This document shows, in pieces, positions 7,907 to 15,863 of a stretch of 41,241 bases of DNA (position 1 is the stretch's first letter; each line of letters starts with the position of its first letter). A program made the position numbers and the translations under genes. Source of the DNA: a virus (lineage: Duplodnaviria > Caudoviricetes); the IMG/VR virus record IMGVR_UViG_3300037440_000452, positions 1 to 41,241 of that record, one strand, 5' to 3'. The notes under the pieces were generated by a model. That model ran no database searches. It had not been told where the DNA came from and was given only the letters and a program-made list of their open reading frames with translations.

Positions 7907-9891
7907 TGGCCTTTGATCTATCTACCGCGCGCCCGGTGGAGGAAACCGAGCAACCGAAACAGCGCGGCAAGTTCAACATTTCCACGGCGCGGCCGGTTGA
8001 GGAGGCAGCTCCCCAGCAGGCCTCGGCGGACACGGCTGCGCCCGTGCCACAGCAGCCTAGCGCTGAGCCGCAGCAGTCCCAGCAACCACAAGACACGGGT
8101 ATCGCCTCCGCTCCCCTGGAGTTCATGGCCGCATTCAACCGCGGCGCAACGAAGCTGGCCGATTTCCTGACCACGGACCAGATCAACGCCGTGGCCCAGG
8201 TGCTGGGTTCTGAGTTCCGGGTTCCATCGATCACAGAGGCCACCGCCGCCGGCACCCAGGGAAACTTCATGGAGTCAGGTCTTGCTCGGGACGTTGTGCG
8301 CGGCGCCGGAGAAGTTGTCCCCGCGGCAGTGGGAGGTGCAGGATTGGGGGCTGGCGCTGCCCAGCAATTGCCACGATTTACGGCAGCTTCTGAGGGCATT
8401 ATGCCTGGAGTTCTGCGCCAGGCCGGCCAAGAGACAATTCCTGCTGCCGCTGCGACTGGCGCCGCTTCCGGTGCGGGCGCAAAGTTAGGTGGAGTGGCTG
8501 GAGAAGCCGTAGGCGGAGAGCCCGGACGTGTACTGGGTGAGGTTGTAGGTGGTGTGTTAGCGCCATTTGGCTTATCAGCGGCAGCCCAAATGGCTAGACG
8601 CCCCAGAGATGTTGATATACCGGCCGGTGAGGCCACTCGATTCGCTCAAGAGCACGATCTTCCTCTAATGACATCTGACGTGCGCCCACCGGAAACATTC
8701 GCAGGTAAATCTGCTGCGGCCGCTGCCGAAAAAATTCCGGTCACAGGGACGGGCGGCGTACGTAGGGCGCAGCAAAAGGCGCGACAAAAAACTGTGGAAG
8801 ACTATGTGGAGACTTTTGGAGAATATAAGCCCGAAGATGTGGTCGCCAGTCTCTCTGCCAGCAAGTCCCGAATCAAGCAAGCCGCCGGCCGTGCGCGGCA
8901 GCAGTATGCCGATCAGGTCGCGGATGTTCCCGCGGTAAATCGAGCGGTAGGCGCCATTGATGATGAGATAAGGCGCCTTACGCGTTCTCCCGGTGGCGAA
9001 GCTCTAAAGACGGCTGATTCTGCAACAGTATCAAAGCTTCAGGATTACCGTGACGACCTTCTGGCAGACCCCACATTTGCAAGTCTTGATCGTCTCCGAA
9101 CCACTTTTAGAGAGGGAGTGAAGGGTGAGCGCATGACTATGCCCACTCGCTCAAAAACTGCAATAGACAAGATATATTCGTCCATGACAGACGATATGGA
9201 TACCGTTATAAAGCAAGAGCTGGGCGAAGAATCGGCTAAAAAGTGGAAGCGCGCGAACACCGTCTATGCTCAAGAAGCCGACCAAGTTAGGCGCACTAGA
9301 CTGAAAAGTGTTCTAGATAAGGGCGACCTTACGCCGGAAACTGTCAACAACCTTCTGTACAGCAATAAACCTAGCGAAGTTAAAACTTTATACAAATCTC
9401 TATCGCCAGATGGAAAACGGACCGCTCGAGCAGGGCTGATTACAAAAGCTGCGGAAAAGGCATCGAGAGACGATGAGATTTCACCAGACAGATTTCTGAC
9501 TGAACTAAACAAAATGTCCAAGGCCACCGATATTGCCTTCGATGGCGCAGATCGTAAATTTCTAGATGGTCTTAAATCGTATCTCGGAGCAACAAGACGG
9601 GCAGCACAAGCTGGCGTTTTAACGCCGACTGGACAAGAGCTATTTCAGATTGGAGCTCCCACAGCGGTAGTTACAGACGCGTCCATGACAGGCGGCCTTG
9701 GCACTGCTGGCGCCGGGGTCTATGGCCTTATGGCTCGGGCTTACGAAAGCGCGCCTGTGCGCAAGGCATTCCAGCGTATTGCGGCTTCCACGCCTAGATC
9801 AGGCGCTTATTATAAAGCGATTTCCGATACATCAGCCCTCTTGTCATCTCTTTCCGAACGTGGGCCATCGCGAGAAGAGATGACAGAATAA
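7906..9891 (+). CDS. DNA transfer/ejection protein (gp16-like)
   Basis: 661 aa; PLMTSDV.PPETF and TPTGQ motifs; synteny. Confidence 0.8.
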   Translation: MAFDLSTARPVEETEQPKQRGKFNISTARPVEEAAPQQASADTAAPVPQQPSAEPQQSQQPQDTGIASAPLEFMAAFNRGATKLADFLTTDQINAVAQVLGSEFRVPSITEATAAGTQGNFMESGLARDVVRGAGEVVPAAVGGAGLGAGAAQQLPRFTAASEGIMPGVLRQAGQETIPAAAATGAASGAGAKLGGVAGEAVGGEPGRVLGEVVGGVLAPFGLSAAAQMARRPRDVDIPAGEATRFAQEHDLPLMTSDVRPPETFAGKSAAAAAEKIPVTGTGGVRRAQQKARQKTVEDYVETFGEYKPEDVVASLSASKSRIKQAAGRARQQYADQVADVPAVNRAVGAIDDEIRRLTRSPGGEALKTADSATVSKLQDYRDDLLADPTFASLDRLRTTFREGVKGERMTMPTRSKTAIDKIYSSMTDDMDTVIKQELGEESAKKWKRANTVYAQEADQVRRTRLKSVLDKGDLTPETVNNLLYSNKPSEVKTLYKSLSPDGKRTARAGLITKAAEKASRDDEISPDRFLTELNKMSKATDIAFDGADRKFLDGLKSYLGATRRAAQAGVLTPTGQELFQIGAPTAVVTDASMTGGLGTAGAGVYGLMARAYESAPVRKAFQRIAASTPRSGAYYKAISDTSALLSSLSERGPSREEMTE

Positions 9892-9911
9892 ATCAAATTA
9901 GGAGGGGCTCT

Positions 9912-10133
9912 TTATCCATCAACCCTCTTCGTCGCCTCGGAAGCGTTGTTAATCACAAACAGTGCGATATAGAAGATGCACAGAATATTGGTAAATGGGA
10001 GAACAGTTAATGTGCACATAATTGCCGGGTGCCACCTCTTCTTTTTTGAGATTCTGTAAGACAGATAGACTATCGGCGCCATGATCAATATATACATGGC
10101 AATCGTGATGAATGGGCCGCCTTGTTGTTGCAT
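9912..10133 (-). CDS. Small two-TM membrane protein (possible superinfection exclusion)
   Basis: Two hydrophobic segments; opposite strand, at the P22 sieA/immI position. Confidence 0.65.
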   Translation of the reverse strand: MQQQGGPFITIAMYILIMAPIVYLSYRISKKKRWHPAIMCTLTVLPFTNILCIFYIALFVINNASEATKRVDG

Positions 10134-10195
10134 TGCTTTTTCTCTGTGACGATTATAGTTTTCTGGCTTGTATACCTTCGTGGTGGGGACATATG

Positions 10196-10543
10196 CTACT
10201 TGCGTCTATGCACGAGCCGATTGCATGCGCCGGTATTGCCCGAAAAGGCACCATTTTGTACGTAACCATCCTGCCCCAAAACGAATCGCAGCGTGCAACT
10301 GAACTCACCGCCCCCATTTACTTGGAGTCCTAGCACAGGGTTTGTGTATGAAGTAATTCCTTGTTTCTGGGAATAGTAAAATTCGACGACAGAGCGTCCG
10401 TCTGATAACGGAGATACGCTGCCTGGAGTCCCATAGCTGATAACTAAATCGTCATAGTGAGATCCTAGCCAGCTATCAATCTCAGACTGTGTCGCACACC
10501 CAACCATAAGCCCCACCAGGGCCAGCAGAATTATTGTTCGCAT
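10196..10543 (-). CDS. Lipoprotein
   Basis: MRTIILLALVGLMVG-C lipobox; GGAG RBS. Confidence 0.8.
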   Translation of the reverse strand: MRTIILLALVGLMVGCATQSEIDSWLGSHYDDLVISYGTPGSVSPLSDGRSVVEFYYSQKQGITSYTNPVLGLQVNGGGEFSCTLRFVLGQDGYVQNGAFSGNTGACNRLVHRRK

Positions 10544-10603
10544 ATTGCACTCCATGAATAAAGGGGCGGACATTATCCAGCCCCTCTGCGGATTGGATCA
10601 ATG

Positions 10604-10619
10604 CTGTATGGATATGCAG
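10604..10619. promoter_or_regulatory. Putative LexA (SOS) box
   Basis: CTGTATGGATATGCAG fits CTG-N10-CAG; intergenic. Confidence 0.55.
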
Positions 10620-10620
10620 G

Positions 10621-11454
10621 TCAATGTTTAGGCCCAAACCAGGTATTGAGTCCGCGCAAGAACCCGTTCTCGGCCATATCCCTGAGCTGGCAAAGAAGAT
10701 GGGAACGGCTCTCCAACAGCATGTACAGGGCCTTGTACTCCTGGGCGGCGCCGGCCACGTCGCAGCCGTCGGACCTTAGCTCGTTCAGGAGCTTCTGGAG
10801 GGGTCTGTTGTATCCCTCATCCAGCAGGGCGTCCTGGGTCAGCCAAGCCTGCTGCGGCAGCGTCATGGTGCGAGGCTTGGCGGTATCCAGCGGGAAGTGG
10901 TACTTGCCGCCGGGTTTGGCCGGCTCCCAGTCGCCCTCTTTGGACTCGACGCCGAGCAGGAAGCATTTGGCCAGGTCGAACTTATCGGACGGGATGTCTT
11001 TATAGGTGCCGACCTTGAAATAGTCTTTCAGGCCGCGGTACAGGTTGGCGTAGCTGTTGCCCGGACGATGGGCCAGACGCGCCACGATGGTCTGAATCTC
11101 ACACTGTTGCTCTGGGGTGAGGCCCGGGGGCAGCTCATAGCGGCCGGTCTTGCGGATCGCCGGCAAAACCTCGGCGGTGACCCAGCGGCGGAACGCCTTG
11201 GCCGCCGGCTTCCGGCTCTTGAGCACGGCGTGGTAGAGGCCGGATTCGTTGATGACGGTCATTTCCTGGTCGCCGCCAGGGGTGGGCACAATGTGCCTAC
11301 CCTTTTCGTCAGCGTCCAGATTGCGGGCCAAATCCTTTGCGGTGGCGTATTCCAGGGCATCGGCAACGTCGGCAGCGACAAACCAAGCCATTTCGCCAGG
11401 GATTACGCGGACAGGGTGGGAGTTGAAATCAAAGGGAGTGATTGAACAGGCCAT
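10621..11454 (-). CDS. Bro-N family antirepressor with ORF6C-like domain
   Basis: WFVAADVA...TPGGDQEMTVINESGLY...FRRWVTAEVLPAIRKTGRY; LKDYFKVGTYKDI. Confidence 0.9.
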   Translation of the reverse strand: MACSITPFDFNSHPVRVIPGEMAWFVAADVADALEYATAKDLARNLDADEKGRHIVPTPGGDQEMTVINESGLYHAVLKSRKPAAKAFRRWVTAEVLPAIRKTGRYELPPGLTPEQQCEIQTIVARLAHRPGNSYANLYRGLKDYFKVGTYKDIPSDKFDLAKCFLLGVESKEGDWEPAKPGGKYHFPLDTAKPRTMTLPQQAWLTQDALLDEGYNRPLQKLLNELRSDGCDVAGAAQEYKALYMLLESRSHLLCQLRDMAENGFLRGLNTWFGPKH

Positions 11455-11498
11455 GATGGCCTCCTATGTGTTTTTTTTGAGTGATGCCCGAATAGGGC

Positions 11499-11569
11499 GC
11501 CGGGAGGCTCAAAACGCCACATAGAGCGCGGACGGTATTCCCCGAAGGTTATTCCCGTCCCCTCCCGAC
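11499..11569 (-). ncRNA. C4/IsrK-like antisense RNA in the antirepressor leader
   Basis: Closing stem GUCGGGAGG/CCUCCCGGC, inner stem GGACGG/CCGUCC; CUAUGUG and UUUUGAG are complementary to upstream and downstream targets. Confidence 0.65.
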
Positions 11570-11605
11570 ATAAAGAATGTGACCCAGAGGGCAAATCCGA
11601 GACAC

Positions 11606-11633
11606 AAAAAAACCGCTGACTGTCGGGTGCGGT
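11606..11633 (-). terminator. Attenuator hairpin in the antirepressor leader
   Basis: ACCGC-N12-GCGGT followed by a T run. Confidence 0.6.
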
Positions 11634-11670
11634 GGCCGCTATGCGAAGGAGATTTGAGGCTCCGAGACAG

Positions 11671-11699
11671 AGAATAGACCGAGGGGAAGAAAAGCACAA
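11671..11699 (-). promoter_or_regulatory. sigma70 promoter for the antirepressor leader
   Basis: TTGTGC-N17-TATTCT. Confidence 0.55.
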
Positions 11700-11720
11700 C
11701 TGGACAAATAGACAACAGAT

Positions 11721-11757
11721 AAAGCAAAGGCCCCAACAGTTCGCAGCTGTTGGGGCC
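11721..11757 (-). terminator. Intrinsic terminator
   Basis: 11-bp stem GGCCCCAACAG/CTGTTGGGGCC followed by TTTGCTTT. Confidence 0.65.
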
Positions 11758-11808
11758 GCTGCATTCCTGATTCTGTCGGGCGTGGCGCTGGTTCTGGCCG
11801 CCCAATAA

Positions 11809-11973
11809 CTACCCAAGCACCCAACTCCCCAGCTGATACAGCAGCAGCCCGATAAATGCAGCGCCGATAGCGCCGGCCAGGGCGACCTGAAACCACGCCG
11901 GTATCAAACCGGGCTCTTCGATAGTCCGGCCGCCAGGCCCCGGTCTGAGCCGCCCGAATAGAGTTTTACGCAT
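11809..11973 (-). CDS. Small single-TM protein (54 aa)
   Basis: Basic N-terminus, hydrophobic C-terminus, followed by a terminator. Confidence 0.5.
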   Translation of the reverse strand: MRKTLFGRLRPGPGGRTIEEPGLIPAWFQVALAGAIGAAFIGLLLYQLGSWVLG

Positions 11974-11984
11974 AACACCCCACG

Positions 11985-12006
11985 ACCCGCCTTGAGCGGG
12001 TTTTTT
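11985..12006 (+). terminator. Intrinsic terminator-like hairpin
   Basis: ACCCGC-CTTGA-GCGGGT followed by a T run. Confidence 0.6.
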
Positions 12007-12022
12007 CGTTTTGGAGATTAGC

Positions 12023-12982
12023 ATGGCTGAATTTATCTTCCCGCTCCCCTACATCCCGGACCCGTCCCAAGGGCGTCCGCTATCCAACGGCAGTCTTTAT
12101 TTTGGGCTGCCTGACCTAGACCCGGAAGTCCCCGGAAACCAGATCCCTGTATCCGTCATTCAGGAGAATGGCATCGTGGTGCCTGTTATGCAGCCCATCA
12201 TGACCGGTGCCGGCGGGGTGCCGATCTATAACGGATCTCCGGTTGAAATCAGCGTGTCGGCCTCGGAGTACAGTTTCAAGGCTCTGAATAATCAGGAAGG
12301 TCAAGTCTATTTCATCCCGCGCGTGGAGGAAAATCTTGAACAGCAGGTCGCAGACCTTGAGCAGCGGGTAGATGATCTTGAGCAGGATGTATCGGATCTT
12401 GAACAGGAAGACATAGCCATTCGGGCAACGCAAGGTGTGGCTTTGGGGGCCGTCAATCTGGGAACATTTCCCGGATCTCTGATCCCGAATAATCAATCGG
12501 TAAAAAGCGCCCTGACCATCCTGGAAGATGAGGCCCAGGATGTTCGCACGCTCACCGGCACCCCCTTGGGCGCTACAAATTTAGGGTCATTTGGAGCAAC
12601 AGGCCTACCCAGCGGGCAAAACCTAAAGGTCACCCTTGAAACCTTCGCCGATTATGTCAACGAGGGAGTCTTCTCGGCCCTAACTCCGTCAGCTACCGCC
12701 ACCACAAACGACGGCGAGATTCAGATACCTTATGGGGCATCTAACGCTATCGTAATCAAGTGGGGTAGGCACACTCACAATGGAGATGGAACTATAGTAA
12801 CCACAAATTTTTCCAACCCCCTAACGGCTGCATTTTCTGCTGTAGGAAACTATTTCGGCGCACAAGATAAAGAAGACAGCGGTGGGGTATTTTCGTTCGG
12901 CACCACTTCGCTGAGCACGCAGTCCGGAGAGCCTGGGACTACTTTTATTCATTGGTTGGCTGTGGGAAGGCGGGCGATCTAG
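12023..12982 (+). CDS. Tailspike/fibre with P22 gp9-like head-binding domain
   Basis: GRPLSNGSLYFG.PDLDP...QPIMTGAGGVPIYNG; heptad coil; C-terminal IVIKWG...HWLAVG fibre domain. Confidence 0.85.
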   Translation: MAEFIFPLPYIPDPSQGRPLSNGSLYFGLPDLDPEVPGNQIPVSVIQENGIVVPVMQPIMTGAGGVPIYNGSPVEISVSASEYSFKALNNQEGQVYFIPRVEENLEQQVADLEQRVDDLEQDVSDLEQEDIAIRATQGVALGAVNLGTFPGSLIPNNQSVKSALTILEDEAQDVRTLTGTPLGATNLGSFGATGLPSGQNLKVTLETFADYVNEGVFSALTPSATATTNDGEIQIPYGASNAIVIKWGRHTHNGDGTIVTTNFSNPLTAAFSAVGNYFGAQDKEDSGGVFSFGTTSLSTQSGEPGTTFIHWLAVGRRAI

Positions 12983-13005
12983 CGGAAGACGCTTCAGGAT
13001 CGGCA

Positions 13006-13021
13006 CTGGGTATCCATACAG
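13006..13021. promoter_or_regulatory. Putative LexA (SOS) box
   Basis: Minus strand CTGTATGGATACCCAG; intergenic. Confidence 0.5.
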
Positions 13022-13070
13022 AAAGGCCCGGTGGCAATTTTTTTGAGGCCCAGGCGCCATGCGGTCTATA

Positions 13071-13279
13071 GCGGTGTTGTTGGCGGTGTTGTTTGCCACA
13101 CAGATTTGCGCAAGCTATTGATTTTAAATAATTGTCCGCCTGCTTGTGGCTCCTGAGGTCGCGGGTTCGAAACCCGTCGGCCACCCCATACAAGCCTTTG
13201 ATTGTAAAGGCATTTCGGAACCCCGCCGCGTGCGGGGTTTTGTCTTTCTGGTCTCTGTGGGGTAATCCCGTGGGGTAAT
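13071..13279. other. attP site (core, IHF sites, arm-type repeats)
   Basis: WATCAANNNNTTR on minus strand at 13111-13123 and 13191-13203; GCGGTGTTGTT x2 (13071, 13083); GTGGGGTAAT x2 (13257, 13270); adjacent to integrase. Confidence 0.85.
13144..13188 (+). tRNA. 3' half of tRNA-His(GTG), att core; not a full tRNA
   Basis: TTGTGGC anticodon loop, GCGGG-TTCGAAA-CCCGT T-arm, ends CCACCCCA. Confidence 0.85.
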
Positions 13280-13290
13280 TTTGGCCTCAA

Positions 13291-14328
13291 TCAATCTTGA
13301 GGTTTGCCTTTTCGGGGCCTGTTTAAGGACACCACCCGGTCGGCTGTGCGGTTGTACCTTTCCGCCATGGAGCGGGTTTTGTGACCACTGAACCGCTGTA
13401 TGTCGCCCTCGAAGTCAGAAATCGACTTGATCTTCATATCGTGATACCTGAAGCGATTTTTGATCACACCCTGGGCCAGAGCTTCCCGCTGCTCTCGAAG
13501 CCATGTGGAATTGAAGCCGCAACGTGTGTACCGGCGCCCCAAGCGGCTGCGAATGATGTGAGGCGTTTGGATCTTCGGTTTGGTGTTTGTCGCCAGAGCC
13601 AGCTTGACTACCTCGCGCAATTCAGGTGTCCAGAGCTTAACCTGCCTCTTGCCGGTTTTGATCTGAAAGATCATAAGGCCGTCTTCCAATACATCGGCCC
13701 GGGTGAGGGCTAGCACGTCCTGTTGTCGTGATCCGCAGATCAACGAGATCGCCATCGAGCAGGCGTGCATGATGTGACCACGCTGGGTGAGCCAGTGCCA
13801 GAACGCGGTATACTCCCAGTCCTCTACGTACCTCCCGCCCGGTTTTTCCTTGAACGGCCTTACCGACATAGTGGGATCTTCGATCTGCACAAACCCCCGC
13901 GCTTTGCCCCACTTCATGATGATTCCAAGAAAAGTCCGCTCTCGGTTGGCTGCGACCGGATGGTCGGCTCCTCTCGCATCCAAAAACATCTGCACCAGAG
14001 GTGAGGTGATGGCGTCAGGTTGCATCTCGCCAAACACCTTGCGGACCCGCAGGCTGTACCTGTGGTAGTCCTGCTGGGTACTGGGCTGCAGGTGCTTGGT
14101 GTACTGGGGGCTGACGAAGTAGAGGTCGATTAGTTCGGCGACAATAAACGCTTTCGCCACTTGGCCAGCCTCCCAGTGCTCGTAGGCTGCCCACACCTCG
14201 GCCCTGCTGGCATCCGGCCCCGCCAGGTGGTAGGTAGGATCCCCGCGGCGCTTCACGCGATAGCCGTTCTTGTAGCGTTCCACCCAGCGGGGCATCCAGG
14301 CGTTTTCTGGTCGGCGTTGTCGTCCCAT
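13291..14328 (-). CDS. int: Tyrosine integrase
   Basis: GSRQQD, KTGK, HDMK, SGHK, RY catalytic pattern; adjacent to attP. Confidence 0.92.
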   Translation of the reverse strand: MGRQRRPENAWMPRWVERYKNGYRVKRRGDPTYHLAGPDASRAEVWAAYEHWEAGQVAKAFIVAELIDLYFVSPQYTKHLQPSTQQDYHRYSLRVRKVFGEMQPDAITSPLVQMFLDARGADHPVAANRERTFLGIIMKWGKARGFVQIEDPTMSVRPFKEKPGGRYVEDWEYTAFWHWLTQRGHIMHACSMAISLICGSRQQDVLALTRADVLEDGLMIFQIKTGKRQVKLWTPELREVVKLALATNTKPKIQTPHIIRSRLGRRYTRCGFNSTWLREQREALAQGVIKNRFRYHDMKIKSISDFEGDIQRFSGHKTRSMAERYNRTADRVVSLNRPRKGKPQD

Positions 14329-14333
14329 AGTGC

Positions 14334-14570
14334 TTATCCCGCAGCGGCGGGGAGGTTGAATCCCAGTGGCACGGTAACGCTGCCGGTGGCCAGTGTCGAG
14401 CTGCTGCGGGCGAGCACGGCCTGGTTGACCATGTCCCAGGTTAGCGCTACTGACCCGTCGCGGCGGCGCACATAGGGGATGCGGTTGCTCTGCAGGACTT
14501 GCTTCTGTCCCTCGGGATTGCTCGTGCCGGTGAGCCTGGCGATTTCGGCTTTTGTGAGTAGGTTGCTCAT
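14334..14570 (-). CDS. DUF4224-type excisionase-like protein
   Basis: LLTKAEIARLTG...RRRDGS; immediately upstream of int. Confidence 0.8.
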   Translation of the reverse strand: MSNLLTKAEIARLTGTSNPEGQKQVLQSNRIPYVRRRDGSVALTWDMVNQAVLARSSSTLATGSVTVPLGFNLPAAAG

Positions 14571-14574
14571 CACT

Positions 14575-14871
14575 CTATCCCGCAAACATATCTATCTGAT
14601 CTAGACCAAGCCGGAATTCCGACAACCTTTTCTCGGCAATCTTGATAGCTCTAGCAATCTCCTGTTCATCAGATACCATCCCAGCCGATTCCCAGTCGGC
14701 CTTCCATGCCGGGTTCGTGCCACACTGTTCTCTACAATCTCGCAGAGACTCCTCCTCCCGTTTCAAAACTGGGAGGACAATATCCCGCATGGCCGTCCGA
14801 GTTCCTGCGTCCTGAATGCGCGCGGTAGAGCATAGTGCTATGTATTTTTTAAAAGAGCTCATATCAGCCAA
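14575..14871 (-). CDS. Hypothetical protein
   Basis: Coupled ORF in the early-left operon. Confidence 0.65.
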   Translation of the reverse strand: MADMSSFKKYIALCSTARIQDAGTRTAMRDIVLPVLKREEESLRDCREQCGTNPAWKADWESAGMVSDEQEIARAIKIAEKRLSEFRLGLDQIDMFAG

Positions 14872-15655
14872 TTATAAGTTGGTATTGATTTGATAATTCC
14901 GCGAATGCTGCCGCAGCCACTCGTGGTACCTGTCCATTGCCAATGGCTCTAATGCGGCCCACCCGATTGGCCACCCCATTAGCCACTCGACCCACGTCGG
15001 GTTCAGCTGGCCACCGACTGAATTGGGGAGCTGTTCGCCCTTCTTTCCACCACCTCTCTCGCTGTAGGACTTCTTGTTCGGGCTCCGGTAGTCGCGGGCT
15101 GCAGGTGTTGGCCACGTTCTCGCTGACACGGCTTCGATCAGGGTGCCCCCCTCTATGGTCGTCGGCGTGGGCAAGAATCCAGATTCTCTCGCGGAGATGG
15201 TGGGCGCCGCAGTCGGCCGCTGAAAGGCACATCCATTCCGCGTCATACCCGATTTCGGCCAAGTCTCCGAGTACGGTTCCAAGTCCTCGAGAAGTGAGTA
15301 CTGGGGAGTTTTCCACGAAAACGAATCGCGGTCGTACTTCGCGAACGATGCGCGCCATTGATTTCCATAGGCCTGATCGCTCGCCGTTGATTCCATCTCC
15401 GTTTCCGGCGACGCTAATGTCCTGACAGGGAAAGCCGCCAGATACGACATCAACACGGCCTCGCCATGGTCTTCCGTGAAAAGTCGTAACGTCGGACCAA
15501 ATCGGGAAAGGCGGGAGGAGTCGATCATTTTGTCGTTGCGCCAGAACCCCTGCGGCGTAGGCATCACGTTCCACTGCGCAGATGGTTCGCCATCCAAGCA
15601 GGTGCCCGCCGAGTATTCCGCCACCAGCGCCTGCGAAAAGAGCCAGCTCATTCAT
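14864..15655 (-). CDS. C5 DNA cytosine methyltransferase, alpha frame (motif IX absent)
   Basis: FAGAGG (I), GFPCQD (IV), ENS (VI), RERIW (VIII), IGNGQVP (X). Confidence 0.9.
   Translation of the reverse strand: MNELALFAGAGGGILGGHLLGWRTICAVERDAYAAGVLAQRQNDRLLPPFPIWSDVTTFHGRPWRGRVDVVSGGFPCQDISVAGNGDGINGERSGLWKSMARIVREVRPRFVFVENSPVLTSRGLGTVLGDLAEIGYDAEWMCLSAADCGAHHLRERIWILAHADDHRGGHPDRSRVSENVANTCSPRLPEPEQEVLQRERWWKEGRTAPQFSRWPAEPDVGRVANGVANRVGRIRAIGNGQVPRVAAAAFAELSNQYQLIIG
14872..15651 (-). CDS. Overlapping-frame putative beta subunit of the methyltransferase
   Basis: 259 open codons nested in the MTase gene; LPTP/WPTP repeats and LNPTWVEWLMGWPIGW (motif IX-like). Confidence 0.7.
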   Translation of the reverse strand: MSWLFSQALVAEYSAGTCLDGEPSAQWNVMPTPQGFWRNDKMIDSSRLSRFGPTLRLFTEDHGEAVLMSYLAAFPVRTLASPETEMESTASDQAYGNQWRASFAKYDRDSFSWKTPQYSLLEDLEPYSETWPKSGMTRNGCAFQRPTAAPTISARESGFLPTPTTIEGGTLIEAVSARTWPTPAARDYRSPNKKSYSERGGGKKGEQLPNSVGGQLNPTWVEWLMGWPIGWAALEPLAMDRYHEWLRQHSRNYQINTNL

Positions 15656-15863
15656 TCACCAAATCCGCAAACGCATTAATGACATCCGGGCGACTGATGT
15701 TGGCGGCGTAGACAATGACCTTCCCGATTAACTCGCTGCTCTCAGGTAACAAGCGGCGCGCCGAAAATCTCTGTCCGGTTCTCCCGGTTTTCGCGTTGTT
15801 TACCAGGCGCCCTGGTATATAGCGGATTCCTTTGTAGTCAAATGGTGCTTTTAAGTGCATCAC
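15648..15863 (-). CDS. Hypothetical protein
   Basis: Overlapping start/stop coupling on both sides. Confidence 0.6.
   Translation of the reverse strand: MMHLKAPFDYKGIRYIPGRLVNNAKTGRTGQRFSARRLLPESSELIGKVIVYAANISRPDVINAFADLVNE

Noticed and set aside
7716-8636. 306-aa antisense ORF and similar long antisense ORFs elsewhere
   Set aside because: Shadows of GC-rich, Ala/Gly-rich sense genes
11403-11816. Protein-coding ORFs over the antirepressor leader (Ash-like)
   Set aside because: Their starts lie upstream of a terminator and the promoter; the sequence is better explained as structured RNA, although short leader translation is not excluded
13144-13188. Functional phage tRNA-His
   Set aside because: The 5' half (acceptor strand and D arm) is missing; this is the att core
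13425-13450. Inactive integrase because HxxR reads HDMK
   Set aside because: HDLK-type variants occur in integrases paired with DUF4224 proteins, and the other catalytic residues and attP are intact
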